A stretch of 63,565 bases of DNA, the filler included, from Octopus bimaculoides (lineage: Eukaryota): the NCBI RefSeq assembly GCF_001194135.2. It is 7 parts of 7 records of this genome, joined end to end, with 100 filler letters (N's around TTAATTAATTAA, not from the genome) between each part and the next. Parts side by side here need not be neighbours in the genome. Positions count along the whole stretch, not along the records: positions 50,587 to 61,102 come from NC_068991.1; positions 61,203 to 63,565 come from NW_026360546.1; 5 more parts are not named here. The stretch is one strand, 5' to 3'. A program made the position numbers and the translations under genes. The notes below the pieces were generated by a model that did no database searches, was not told the origin of the DNA, and was given only the letters and a program-made list of their open reading frames with translations. Below, piece by piece: positions 52,578-63,565 of this stretch; position 1 is the first letter of the stretch, and each line of letters starts with the position of its first letter.

Positions 52578-53059
52578 GAGTAAGGGAACAAGCGCATGCC
52601 ATCAAAGTAACACTGGGGTACAAACATACGAAACCCAATATACCCATCATGACTACTTGTCTGATAAGGATACACCAGGCACATGCAACACAGCCATATG
52701 TACACGGCATGGTGATCTCATATCAAAATAGACAGTGCATGACCTTGCAGGAGGGCCTAGCTAGAGATATTTTCATGTTGAGTAGCCCATACTGAATAAG
52801 GTTTGTTTAAGGATGATAAACGAAACACCTATGTTTCTAGAGATGAATTGCTCAAACCCCCAAAAATTCCACTCAACACATGGTTATGCTGCTCTCCCAC
52901 TACTTCTGCTCGTGTTCAGAGATGCACATGTATTGTCATCCACTAAGGGAGATGCTCAATTGATTAAGGTCAAGCAACAGACAAGCAAATCTGTGGTATT
53001 GGGCAGGATAATTGTAGCCCATCTTTTATACCAATTATCAGAAATGCACATATCGTCAG
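52578..53059 (-). mobile_element. Unclassified element X, rearranged copy
   Basis: Homologous to 54110-54570; bounded by (TTA)n. Confidence 0.85.
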
Positions 53060-53071
53060 TTATTATTATCA

Positions 53072-53153
<82 letters not shown>

Positions 53154-53155
53154 CA

Positions 53156-53225
<70 letters not shown>

Positions 53226-54024
53226 NNNNNNNNNNNNNNNNNNNNNNNNNNNNNNNNNNNNNNNNNNNNNNNNNNNNNNNNNNNNNNNNNNNNNNNNNNN
53301 NNNNNNNNNNNNNNNNNNNNNNNNNNNNNNNNNNNNNNNNNNNNNNNNNNNNNNNNNNNNNNNNNNNNNNNNNNNNNNNNNNNNNNNNNNNNNNNNNNNN
53401 NNNNNNNNNNNNNNNNNNNNNNNNNNNNNNNNNNNNNNNNNNNNNNNNNNNNNNNNNNNNNNNNNNNNNNNNNNNNNNNNNNNNNNNNNNNNNNNNNNNN
53501 NNNNNNNNNNNNNNNNNNNNNNNNNNNNNNNNNNNNNNNNNNNNNNNNNNNNNNNNNNNNNNNNNNNNNNNNNNNNNNNNNNNNNNNNNNNNNNNNNNNN
53601 NNNNNNNNNNNNNNNNNNNNNNNNNNNNNNNNNNNNNNNNNNNNNNNNNNNNNNNNNNNNNNNNNNNNNNNNNNNNNNNNNNNNNNNNNNNNNNNNNNNN
53701 NNNNNNNNNNNNNNNNNNNNNNNNNNNNNNNNNNNNNNNNNNNNNNNNNNNNNNNNNNNNNNNNNNNNNNNNNNNNNNNNNNNNNNNNNNNNNNNNNNNN
53801 NNNNNNNNNNNNNNNNNNNNNNNNNNNNNNNNNNNNNNNNNNNNNNNNNNNNNNNNNNNNNNNNNNNNNNNNNNNNNNNNNNNNNNNNNNNNNNNNNNNN
53901 NNNNNNNNNNNNNTTTGAGTCCTGAGCTTATTATTATTATGATTATTATTATTATTATTATCATCATTATTATTATTATTATTATTTTTATCATTATTAT
54001 TATTATTAATATTATTATTATCAC

Positions 54025-54079
<55 letters not shown>

Positions 54080-54109
54080 GTTGTTATTATTATTATTATT
54101 ATTATTATT

Positions 54110-54663
54110 GAGTGAGAGAGTAGTACATGCCATCAAAGTGACACTGGGGTAAAATATACGAAGCTCAATATACCCATCATGACTACCCGTCTGATAAGGG
54201 TACACCAGCACATGCATCACAACCACATGTGCGTGACATGGTGATCTTATATCAAAACAAACAGCGTATGACGTTGCAGGGGGGAGTCCTGTTAGAATTT
54301 TCTTCAGGTTCAGTAGCCCATCCGGCTCAAAAGGTCCTGAATAAGGTTTGTTTAAGGATGATGAACGAAACGCCCATGTTTCCAGAAGTGAATTATTCAA
54401 ACCCCAAAGAATTCCTCTCAACACATGGCTATGATGCTCCTCCACTACTTCTGCTCATGATCAGAGATGCACATATCGTCAGCCACCAAGGGACATACTC
54501 AACTGGTTAAGGTCAAACACCTGACAAGCAAATCTGTGGTATTAAGCAGAATATTTGCTGTATCCCATCTTTTTATACCAAGACAAAACAATGTACATGA
54601 TAACACTTCCAATCAGTTAAGATCAGAAGCCATGAGAGTCACTGCTTGGTACTGCATCAGGGC
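54110..54663 (-). mobile_element. Unclassified (TAA)n-associated element X, longest copy (about 550 bp)
   Basis: Begins GCCCTGATGCAGTACC and ends CTCTCACTC(AAT)n on the minus strand. Three copies in the window. No credible ORF and no tRNA head. Orientation is assumed. Confidence 0.85.
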
Positions 54664-54837
54664 ATAACCACTACCTGATATTACATTATTATTGTTGTTG
54701 TTGTTATTCGCCGAGGTTGGTTTTACCTTTTATCCTTTCGGGGTCGATAAATTAAGTATCAGTGAAACACCGGGGTCAATGTAATTGACTAATCCCCCTC
54801 TCCCAAAATTTTAGGTCTTGTGCCTTTATTAGAAATG

Positions 54838-54899
<62 letters not shown>

Positions 54900-55444
54900 C
54901 ATGGGCGCCATACTGGGAAGACGTACTAAGTTGGAGCTCCGTAATTTGTGTTTAATCAAGCGTTTCGGTTGGTTGCAGCCCGTTCATTCAAAATTTTATT
55001 TAACAAGTATTTTGCTTGCATTGTTTGGATCGTGGTGGTAGCATTTTGTGTAATTGCACCTCCTTTGTGGGGTGGGGTGTAATAATTGTTTTGCATCTTT
55101 GTATTCTTTGTGCAGACGTGATTTTATTCATTTTTCCCATTTTAAAAAATGTCGGATTACAAAACAGTAGTAATAATCGACCAAGAGCAGCGTTCTGTTG
55201 TAACTCCAAAAACAAACGCAGCCGAATGTGAAATTAATTTCTCGAGAAAGAGAAATATAATTTCCTCTTGTTGCAATGACGACAGTAACAAGTGCAAAAG
55301 TACCAACAGCAATGATAATGGCGACGACGACTACAGCAGCAGCAACAATGTGAACAGCAGCACCATCACCACCACAAGCAGCAAAAATAACAACAATAAC
55401 AGCAACTGTATCAACTACACCAGCAACAAGATGAACAAGATCGT

Positions 55445-55826
55445 TGTTGTTGTTGGCACTCCGTCGCTTACGACGTCGAGGGTCCCAGTTGATCCGATCA
55501 ACAGAACAGCCTGCTCGTCAAATTAACGTGTTGGGTACTCCACAGACACTTGTACCCTTAACGTAGTTCTCGGGGATATTCAGCGTGACACAGTGTGACA
55601 AGGCTGGCCTTTTGAATTACAGGCACAACAGAAACAGGAAGTAAGAGTGAGAGAAAGTTGTGGTGAAAGAGTACAGCAGGGTTCGCCACCATCCCCTACC
55701 GGAGCCTCGTGGAGCTTTAGGTGTTTTTCGCTCAATAAACACTCACAACGCCCGGGCTGGGAATCGAAACCGCGATCCTATGACTGCGAGTCCGCTGCCC
55801 TAACCACTGGGCCATTGCGCCTCCAC
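55445..55826 (-). mobile_element. SINE family A nested in the L1/Tx1 ORF1, with 10-bp TSD
   Basis: ACAAGATCGT at 55435-55444 and 55829-55838. Confidence 0.93.
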
Positions 55827-57248
55827 GGACAAGATCGTAAACAAGAAAGTACAAGATAGAAAACAACAACAACAGTGATAACTGTGTGGAAAACAACGAC
55901 GACGACGACGACGACGACACCAATAACAACAACAACAGCAGCAGCAGCAGCAATAATAACACGATGAACAAATCTAATTCCTTTTCTAAAGCTGTTAGCG
56001 ATTGGACTATTTTTTCAGTGGATGACTAGAAAAATAAGGCACTGAAATACAAGAGTGACATTATGAAACCAAGTGTTATGTGCCTTAATGAGGAGGGGAA
56101 AAAACTCCGAGAAAAATGCATCGATGTGTGGACCTCAGTGCTACACATACAGAAAGGCAAACAATATGGGATGGTTGGTGCTATATGCAGCAGTGAGCAA
56201 GAAGCCAGAAGAATGGCTACTATAACTTGCATGTCCGTGGCTTTTGTAATGTTTCCCCATTACATGGGTAAAAGGTTGACTCGAATTCAAGTTAAGAACG
56301 TGCCGGTTCACCGTGATCCAGCAGGGGTTTTAGCCATTCTGGGGGAGCATGGGGAGTTGTGGCGATGAAATCCACTCCACAATTCAATAGGACTGGAATT
56401 CTTATGGAGATCCAGATACTAGTTTCTCCAGAGGAAATAAAGCGCATTCCCGATTTTTTCTGTTTCGAGGAATGCGAATAAATGCTAGTTTCTATAGAGG
56501 GTAAAAATAGAAGTGTTATGTGTGTGGGAATTCGAACTACCTCAAAGCCTTTTGCCCCGCGATGGAGAAAGCACGAAGGTCTCCACCGTTACTACCAACT
56601 CTTCAAAGTGGGGACAAAACTATTACTTTGCATCTGCCTCCTTCTTCCGACTCAGGCTTCGCAAAAGACAATTCTTCATTGACTTTGCACCAAAAGGCCT
56701 TTGTCGGAGATAAAAGAAAGGCTAAATATAAACTAAATTGAAGGCCCTGAGACATGACGGTAAAAAAAAAAAATCCGTCACAACACAAATTTAAACGCAA
56801 ATCAACACCAACATCAAGATCGTCATCACAACCCATTTTTACAAACACATCCACAACCACAAAAAACAAACAAACATGAAAACAAAAAGAAACACCCGAT
56901 AAACAAAATGACCAGCAGCCATACTCTCAGGTACGTGCTTCCTTCACTGTTTTTCAGAAGAGCAACATTAAATTGGTTGAGGAAGTAATTAATAACAAAA
57001 ACATTACAAGTGGAGGTTTTGCGGAACTCCTCCAGAAAACTCCACCGGACAGGATGTTAATCTAAACAAATACATATCTTGATTTGTTACAGAAATTCCC
57101 CCAGTACATAGGAGGGTTTAGTAAGTACTCCAAAAATAACTTCCTAAAAAACCCTTCCTCACTACCCCTTCGACAAAAAAGTAGATTGTGTCAACAGTCA
57201 TCCCTGAAGATCAAGATACGTAATTCCATTTTCTTTCCTCTCAGTTAA

Positions 57249-58410
57249 ATGGCTACACTTAGAGTTAGCTGTGCAAATGTTCGGGGCCTGGGTTCGTCTT
57301 GGAAGAAGGGTCACCTGCTCAACGACCTCAGGTTCCTAAATTTAGATGTGATATCAATTAGTGAGACGAGAATTGTCTGGAAGCATACTCTTGCAACCAT
57401 TTTCGAAGACTACGTGATATTCTCGTCTTGTGGTCTGTCGGAAGCGGACGGCAGTGTAAGAGTACTATTCCGAAAATCCTTAGGTCCTAAAGTAAGGGCA
57501 ATCTTCTTGGACGCGGACGATAGGTTGATGGACCTAGATGTGAATGGTGGTGAAGGTAGTACCTTTAGATCGGTGGCTGTGTATGCTCCGACAGGGGCTG
57601 GGAGGCCAGATTTTTTCAGGCGTCTAGAAACTTTCTTGGGAGAGTCTCGCACTTTAGTACTAGTGGGGGACTGGAATAGTGTTTTGGACGTGCAGAAAGA
57701 CTGTGTGGGTTTAGTACATAGAAGATGTGGGTGCACAAGCCTCGAAAACTTGCTCAGAAACTTCCAGCTTTCTGACAGGTAACAACTGGATTTCCTTGTT
57801 GTGCCAGTATGGACATGGAGCAATCCCAATGGGTCATCCAGATCGTATCTAGATAATCTGTTAGGTCAGCGGATAAGGACAGTACAGGGCGTCCACTATT
57901 CAAATTGGTCGGCTACACAGACCACAAATTTGGATCTGCACAGTCGATTTAGATAAGACGCGTAGACAAGGGACACGGTTACTGGAAGTTGAACGCGTCC
58001 TTTCCAGCGCGCAAAGACTACAGGGACCGGATTAGCGAACTAGTTAAGTGGTATTTGACGGGGGAAATCGTTAATAGCCGGTGGTGGATAGCTCTGAAGA
58101 GGGCGATTAGAGCAGAAGCAATATAGTTTAGCAAATAGTTAGCAATAGAAAGAAACAGATTAGAGCTAAGGACTGTCCGCTAAGGTGGAGACGCGACGAG
58201 GCAACAAAACCACAATCGGGTCTTTGATGGATCGGGACGGGCGCGTGCTACATGGTTCTGAGCAGATGAGTGCGGCTTTTCAGCAGCACTTCGCACAATT
58301 GTTTGGAGGGGGCGATCGGTCAACAAAGATAACGGACTTTAGTTCGTATATAGATGGTCTGCCGTGGCTCTCGGCAGCGGACGCGAGGTTCTGCGAAAAA
58401 CCGATAACGG
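57249..58410 (+). pseudogene. L1/Tx1 ORF2 APE endonuclease and linker
   Basis: NVRGL, ISISET, VAVYAP, LVGDWNSVLD, later TDH and GYWKLNAS motifs. Confidence 0.88.
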
Positions 58411-58815
58411 CCGTGACTAATTTTCCATCTCTGCCTTTTCGTCTGCGGACACCTAGCTTGCCGGTCAGCATTTTCTCCTCTCTTACTATTTCTCTTTCTT
58501 TTATATCCATTGAAGATTTCTTCTAGGCGTTATCCATCATTCTCGTGTGTGGCCGAAAGGCTTTATTTCTTGTGTCTTCGACTATCGTTTCAAATGACAT
58601 ATGTTTACTTTCGTACATCTACCCTGTGTTGTCTTGTTTGCTCGAGCCCCAATTCTACGCAGATCTTGCGGGTCCCGCCGATATACGAAGTTCTCAGTCT
58701 TATCGTTTACGGCACGAAACTGAGTATTAGTATTTCCGGTCGATAGCGGTTAATGAATTATGGCCCTTTTGTGTCCGTCCTCCGTGCATGTTTTGTAGTA
58801 TTCAATGCATTTTTC

Positions 58816-58846
<31 letters not shown>

Positions 58847-58902
58847 CGAGATTGTGGATAAACGAAATATGGGCACTCAACATATTTATTGCAAGTTACA
58901 TG

Positions 58903-59068
58903 TATGGATCAAAAGGGTTTGATTCAAATTTCGGGGTACTTAAAGTTTCAAGGCATAAGATAACGCTTATCTTCAACCACTAGAAATTTGAATCGGCTGA
59001 GGATAAGCATTATTTTATGCTTCGAAACTAAGTACCACGGAATTCGAATCAAACTGTTTTGATCCATA
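58903..59068. repeat. Diverged inverted repeat (about 75-bp arms), each arm with a degenerate HHR-like motif (family H3)
   Basis: Arms 58903-58978 and 58995-59068. Right arm: GG-CTGAGGA-T-AAGCAT-TATTTT-ATGCTT-C-GAAA-CTAAGT-A/CC. Confidence 0.65.
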
Positions 59069-59502
59069 TTTGTATATATATATACAAAAAAGAAAAATAG
59101 AGAGCTCTATCATAAAAGTACAAGGCACATATTATACAAATGAACACATGTTCAGACTAAATAAATTTGTATTTGTCACATTTCCAATAGATAAGTATAT
59201 GTAAATAAAAATAAGATATTCCCATTATTTTGTTCAACCTCTGTATACAACCTAGTCACCTGACGCCAACGCAGCTTTGACACAATGAAGAGAAGCCCCG
59301 AAAACATTTTTTAATGGGGTCAGAACAATCCTCATTCATCTCAAAGAAATAGAGTCGTGTTAGATAACAAGACATTCTCTATTTTTATTGACTGGCACAT
59401 ATCTTATCGATGAGCGAAAGCTGGACCTTGATTTGAACTCAGAATTAAAGGTAACCAGATACCAGTTTATATTTTATATAACGTTCTACTGATTCTAACA
59501 TC

Positions 59503-59533
<31 letters not shown>

Positions 59534-60216
59534 CTTTCTTGCTTTTCATTTCCACATTTGTACTTAATTTACTCTTTTATTAGTCTCCAGTCAGTGGGTC
59601 GCTGACATGCTGGGAAACCGCCATTTTATCATTTGTGTCATTGTTATATGTTTTAGATATCATATTGTTCTCTTTTTTTCTTTGTTTTGTTAATTTTATT
59701 TTTATGCAAAAATCTCTCTAAAACTGATAGAACAGCTGTAATATGCCCACATATTCAGTAGAAAGCTCTATGTGTGTCTTCTTAACAAAGCCCTTACCCA
59801 AGTCGATAACAACATACAAGCGACATGGCTCAGTGGTTTGATATATATTAAGCATATGCTGATTTTCTAAATGACGTGGCACTCTTAATTGAATACAAGG
59901 CATACGTGCGTACATACTCACACACGCACACATACACATATTCGTGCACACACATACACACCTATACATGCAGACTCGTACAAACATACAGACGCATACA
60001 ACAAACCAGTTTATTTTCTTTATTATCAAGGTAAATTATCAACAAATTACTCGGGTACCTTCTCTTTTCATCAGCTGGAACAAATTTAACCGTTTCTAAC
60101 CAAACATTATTTACAATTTAGGTAACATGAAGTTATATTAACATATGTAACTTATATTGAATATATAAATATATTACTCGGGAAGAATAATAAATTAACG
60201 AATTTAAAAGTAACAT

Positions 60217-60385
60217 AGAGGCGCAGGCGTGGTAAGAAGTTTTCTTCCTAGCCACATGGTTCCGGGTTCAGTCACACTGCGTGGCACCTTAGGCTGGTGT
60301 CTTCTACTATACTCTTGGGCTAACAAAAGCCTTTTGAGTGGATTTAGTAGACGGAAACTGAAAGAAGACCGTCGTGTATATATAT
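60217..60385 (+). mobile_element. SINE family D
   Basis: GAGGCGCAGGCGTGG...GGTTCCGGGTTCAGT head; ends CTGAAAGAAGACCGTCG(TA)n. Confidence 0.75.
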
Positions 60386-60634
60386 NNNNNNNNNNNNNNN
60401 NNNNNNNNNNNNNNNNNNNNNNNNNNNNNNNNNNNNNNNNNNNNNNNNNNNNNNNNNNNNNNNNNNNNNNNNNNNNNNNNNNNNNNNNNNNNNNNNNNNN
60501 NNNNNNNNNNNNNNNNNNNNNNNNNNNNNNNNNNNNNNNNNNNNNNNNNNNNNNNNNNNNNNNNNNNNNNNNNNNNNNNNNNNNNNNNNNNNNNNNNNNN
60601 NNNNNNNNNNNNNNNNNNNNNNNNNNNNNNNNNN

Positions 60635-60666
<32 letters not shown>

Positions 60667-61202
60667 AACTATTAATTTCCAGTACCGCTGCCGTAGTCTC
60701 CTTTAGAGAGACTTAGAAATATTAATAACTCTATTATATATATATATATAAGAATACAAGATAAACTCCTATTTTCCCTCAGATTAAAGGTTGCACTTAG
60801 ATGTGCTCAAGCAGTTCAGATAAAAAGATAAATATATAAGTGAGGATAACACCAGTTAATTCAGTCCACAAACAATAATCCAACTCGCTTTCATCAATAG
60901 AATTGATATAGAAGAATCACCAGATGCACGTACTTGATTATTATATAGAATATATTAAAATAAATAGATACATTATAAATATATAGATATATTAAAAATA
61001 TATAAACGCATTAAAATATATAGGGTAATTGATACATTTAAAAACATACAGATTTCAACATTTATACATAAATATATTAAAAATATATCGAAGATGTATA
61101 TANNNNNNNNNNNNNNNNNNNNNNNNNNNNNNNNNNNNNNNNNNNNTTAATTAATTAANNNNNNNNNNNNNNNNNNNNNNNNNNNNNNNNNNNNNNNNNN
61201 NN

Positions 61203-61319
<117 letters not shown>

Positions 61320-61754
61320 GTACACATCTCTTTGCACATACATAGCTATACATACAGACACTTAAATACATACAAACACACTTACAAAGAAAATAAAACG
61401 CACATACACATCATTGCATATGTGTATAAAAATTCACAAGCCGTTGTTTACTTTGTTTACTTTGTTTACTTTCGTATTTGTTGGGTTCAAGTGGCAGAGT
61501 CGTCTTCGAGAATTTTATTGGACACATAACTGACCAATAAAAACCATTTGTAAGAGGAATTAAAGCTAACATCTCCGCTCTACCTCCTCCTAGAATGTCG
61601 TGTATATAATGAGAGTTTAATCAACTTTTCATGTAACATTTATTAGTGCAAGACAAATTTTCTCCTATTAAAAGAACTTTTATAACGACACATAGAAACT
61701 CCTTCCTAGCTGGCATCAACAGTTCCATTCCTCTCTCAATCTTTCTCCCTCTCT

Positions 61755-61809
<55 letters not shown>

Positions 61810-62063
61810 CTCTTTACATAAATTGCTAGACATCGCTCTATATAATTATATATATTTTCATCTATGTTGCTTTCTCTACGACACATGCTTTGTCTCTTTA
61901 CTTTCTTCTTCTCTCATTCGCTTTCTCTCTATCTCCTTAGTCTCTCTTTCTCTTCCTCCAACTCCTCCGCCTCCTCCGCCTCCTTCTCCTCGCTCCTTCC
62001 TTCTCCTCGCTCCTTCCTTCTCTCTCTTTCACCGCATATCTTCCATTTCCCCATCGTACTCCA

Positions 62064-62121
<58 letters not shown>

Positions 62122-62407
62122 NNNNNNNNNNNNNNNNNNNNNNNNNNNNNNNNNNNNNNNNNNNNNNNNNNNNNNNNNNNNNNNNNNNNNNNNNNNNNNN
62201 NNNNNNNNNNNNNNNNNNNNNNNNNNNNNNNNNNNNNNNNNNNNNNNNNNNNNNNNNNNNNNNNNNNNNNNNNNNNNNNNNNNNNNNNNNNNNNNNNNNN
62301 NNNNNNNNNNNNNNNNNNNNNNNNNNNNNNNNNNNATATATATATATATATATATATACGTACAAACACACACATACACACACACACACACAGATATATA
62401 TATATTC

Positions 62408-62443
62408 CTTTCTGTTGAAGAGCGTAGGCTCGAAACGTTAAAG
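62408..62443 (+). ncRNA. Minimal HHR-like motif, variant core CUGUUGA, GUU triplet (family H1)
   Basis: CTTT-CTGTTGA-A-GAGC-GTAG-GCTC-GAAA-C-GTT/AAAG; followed by an about 85-nt tail homologous to 2215-2304, then (TA)n. Confidence 0.55.
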
Positions 62444-62952
62444 ACTTTCTCTATTTCCGAGCGTTACACTAATACATTTATTTGTTGTTTACACCACCTG
62501 TCTTCGTCCGTTGTTTTTTCGTGAATTCTTATATATATATCTGAGCTTACGTGTATGACCTCTACATAGAATGGAGATCTTCTAGAAATAGCAACATAAT
62601 CTGCTTTAAATCACAGCCTGCTGTCTAAGAATTAGGTACGACTCTATGAAGGGTCTGGTTCATTCTGTATGAGTGTTGTTTTGAAACTAAGCACTAACAC
62701 TAATAACATTATCAACAACAACAAAAACATCAACAATAATGTCAGCAAAAGGGAGCGATTAGCCTGAAATTTGGGGGCAGGGGATGAAATCGACCGCAGC
62801 CTATCACTGGTACTTTATTTATCAACCCTCAAAGATGAAAAGCAATGTAGAACTCGGAAGCATTTAAGCCTGTCGCGTAAAAGCGGTAAGAAATTATGCG
62901 AGACATTTTGTCCAGCGTGCTCACGATTCATTACAATGGTTTCAAATTTCGA

Positions 62953-63152
62953 CACAAGGCCAGAAAGAGTTGGGGGATGGGGTTGAATCGATTATATTGA
63001 TCCCAATGTTGTTCGACTGGTTCTTATTTTATTGAACCCGAAAGGATGAAAAGAAAGCAGAGCCAACCTCCGTGGAATTTGAACTCAAAATGTAAAGACG
63101 GACGAAATGTCGCGAAGAATTTCGCCCAGCATGCTAACGATCCTGGCGCCTT
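62953..63152 (-). mobile_element. SINE family B, degenerate full length (partial second copy at 62770-62900)
   Basis: Reverse complement aligns to 41914-42120. Confidence 0.78.
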
Positions 63153-63153
63153 C

Positions 63154-63187
<34 letters not shown>

Positions 63188-63224
63188 GTAATAATAGTAA
63201 TAATAATAATGATAATAATGATGA

Positions 63225-63505
63225 TGATACAGGAAACCCCAAAATGGCTGAAGTTCAAAAGATAGTGCTCATGGGATCTGCCCATATCCTACGTAAAATA
63301 CTGTCTATGTGATCTCAAATTTTAAAGCAAACACATAATTTTCTTATGGTTTCTTTGAACATTCACTAGAACAAAACTGTACAAATCCAAATATATGGTA
63401 CCCTAGGCATAACACCTACATGAACTTCTAACTTGTTGTCTCTTGAGGTCTCTGGGTGAGACTTGGATCCAACTTGTACAAATGCAAAACAAAAGTCAAA
63501 CATAA

Positions 63506-63517
<12 letters not shown>
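63225..63517 (+). mobile_element. Dong/R4 extreme 3' fragment embedded in (TAA)n
   Basis: Encodes GNPKMAEVQKIVLMGSAHILRKILSM* (R4-type C-terminus). The 3' UTR is homologous to the reverse complement of 4535-4680. (AAT)n on both sides. Confidence 0.85.

Positions 63518-63565
<48 letters not shown>

Larger units (their letters stand above)
54900..58410 (+). mobile_element. L1/Tx1-clade LINE, 5' portion (ORF1 plus ORF2 endonuclease), 3'-truncated
   Basis: Low-complexity ORF1 N-terminus, ORF1 core at 56063-56700, ORF2 start MATLRVSCANVRGL at 57249. The 5' boundary is approximate. Confidence 0.75.

Noticed and set aside
54455-54495. ADD-like codons (GCTGACGAT) in element X suggesting an RT YADD motif
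   Set aside because: No surrounding RT motifs in any frame, with stops on both sides.
60040-60078. Minus-strand CTGATGAA motif
   Set aside because: No GAAA or stem II follows.

Overview
AT-rich, microsatellite-dense eukaryotic DNA with many N gaps. The repeat content (tRNA-headed SINEs with CAA/TA tails, RTE, Dong/R4, L1-Tx1, CR1, Tc1, hAT, Helitron) is consistent with an octopus/coleoid cephalopod draft assembly (inference). The only host coding sequence I can support is a 66-nt first coding exon of a gelsolin/villin-family gene (25488-25553, +; MPCDEAFNESGKQPGLEIWRIE followed by GTAAGT). I did not find the next exon in the remaining ~38 kb. The rest is transposon debris. The most notable unannotated signal is a set of minimal type I hammerhead-ribozyme (HHR) motifs in short elements that abut (TA)n tracts, resembling Penelope-like element (PLE) terminal repeats. 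One has a fully canonical core and lies in a ~180-bp inverted repeat (33906-34002). Two share a non-canonical CUGUUGA core (2305-2341, 62408-62443). One is split by an inversion (27062-27287). One is a degenerate inverted pair (58903-59068). Other points: an RTE with a duplication-inversion-duplication rearrangement, an intron-containing GC-rich hAT transposase, and (TAA)n-associated Dong/R4 copies alongside an unclassified ~550-bp (TAA)n-associated element. All alignments and folds were done by eye, with no database searches.
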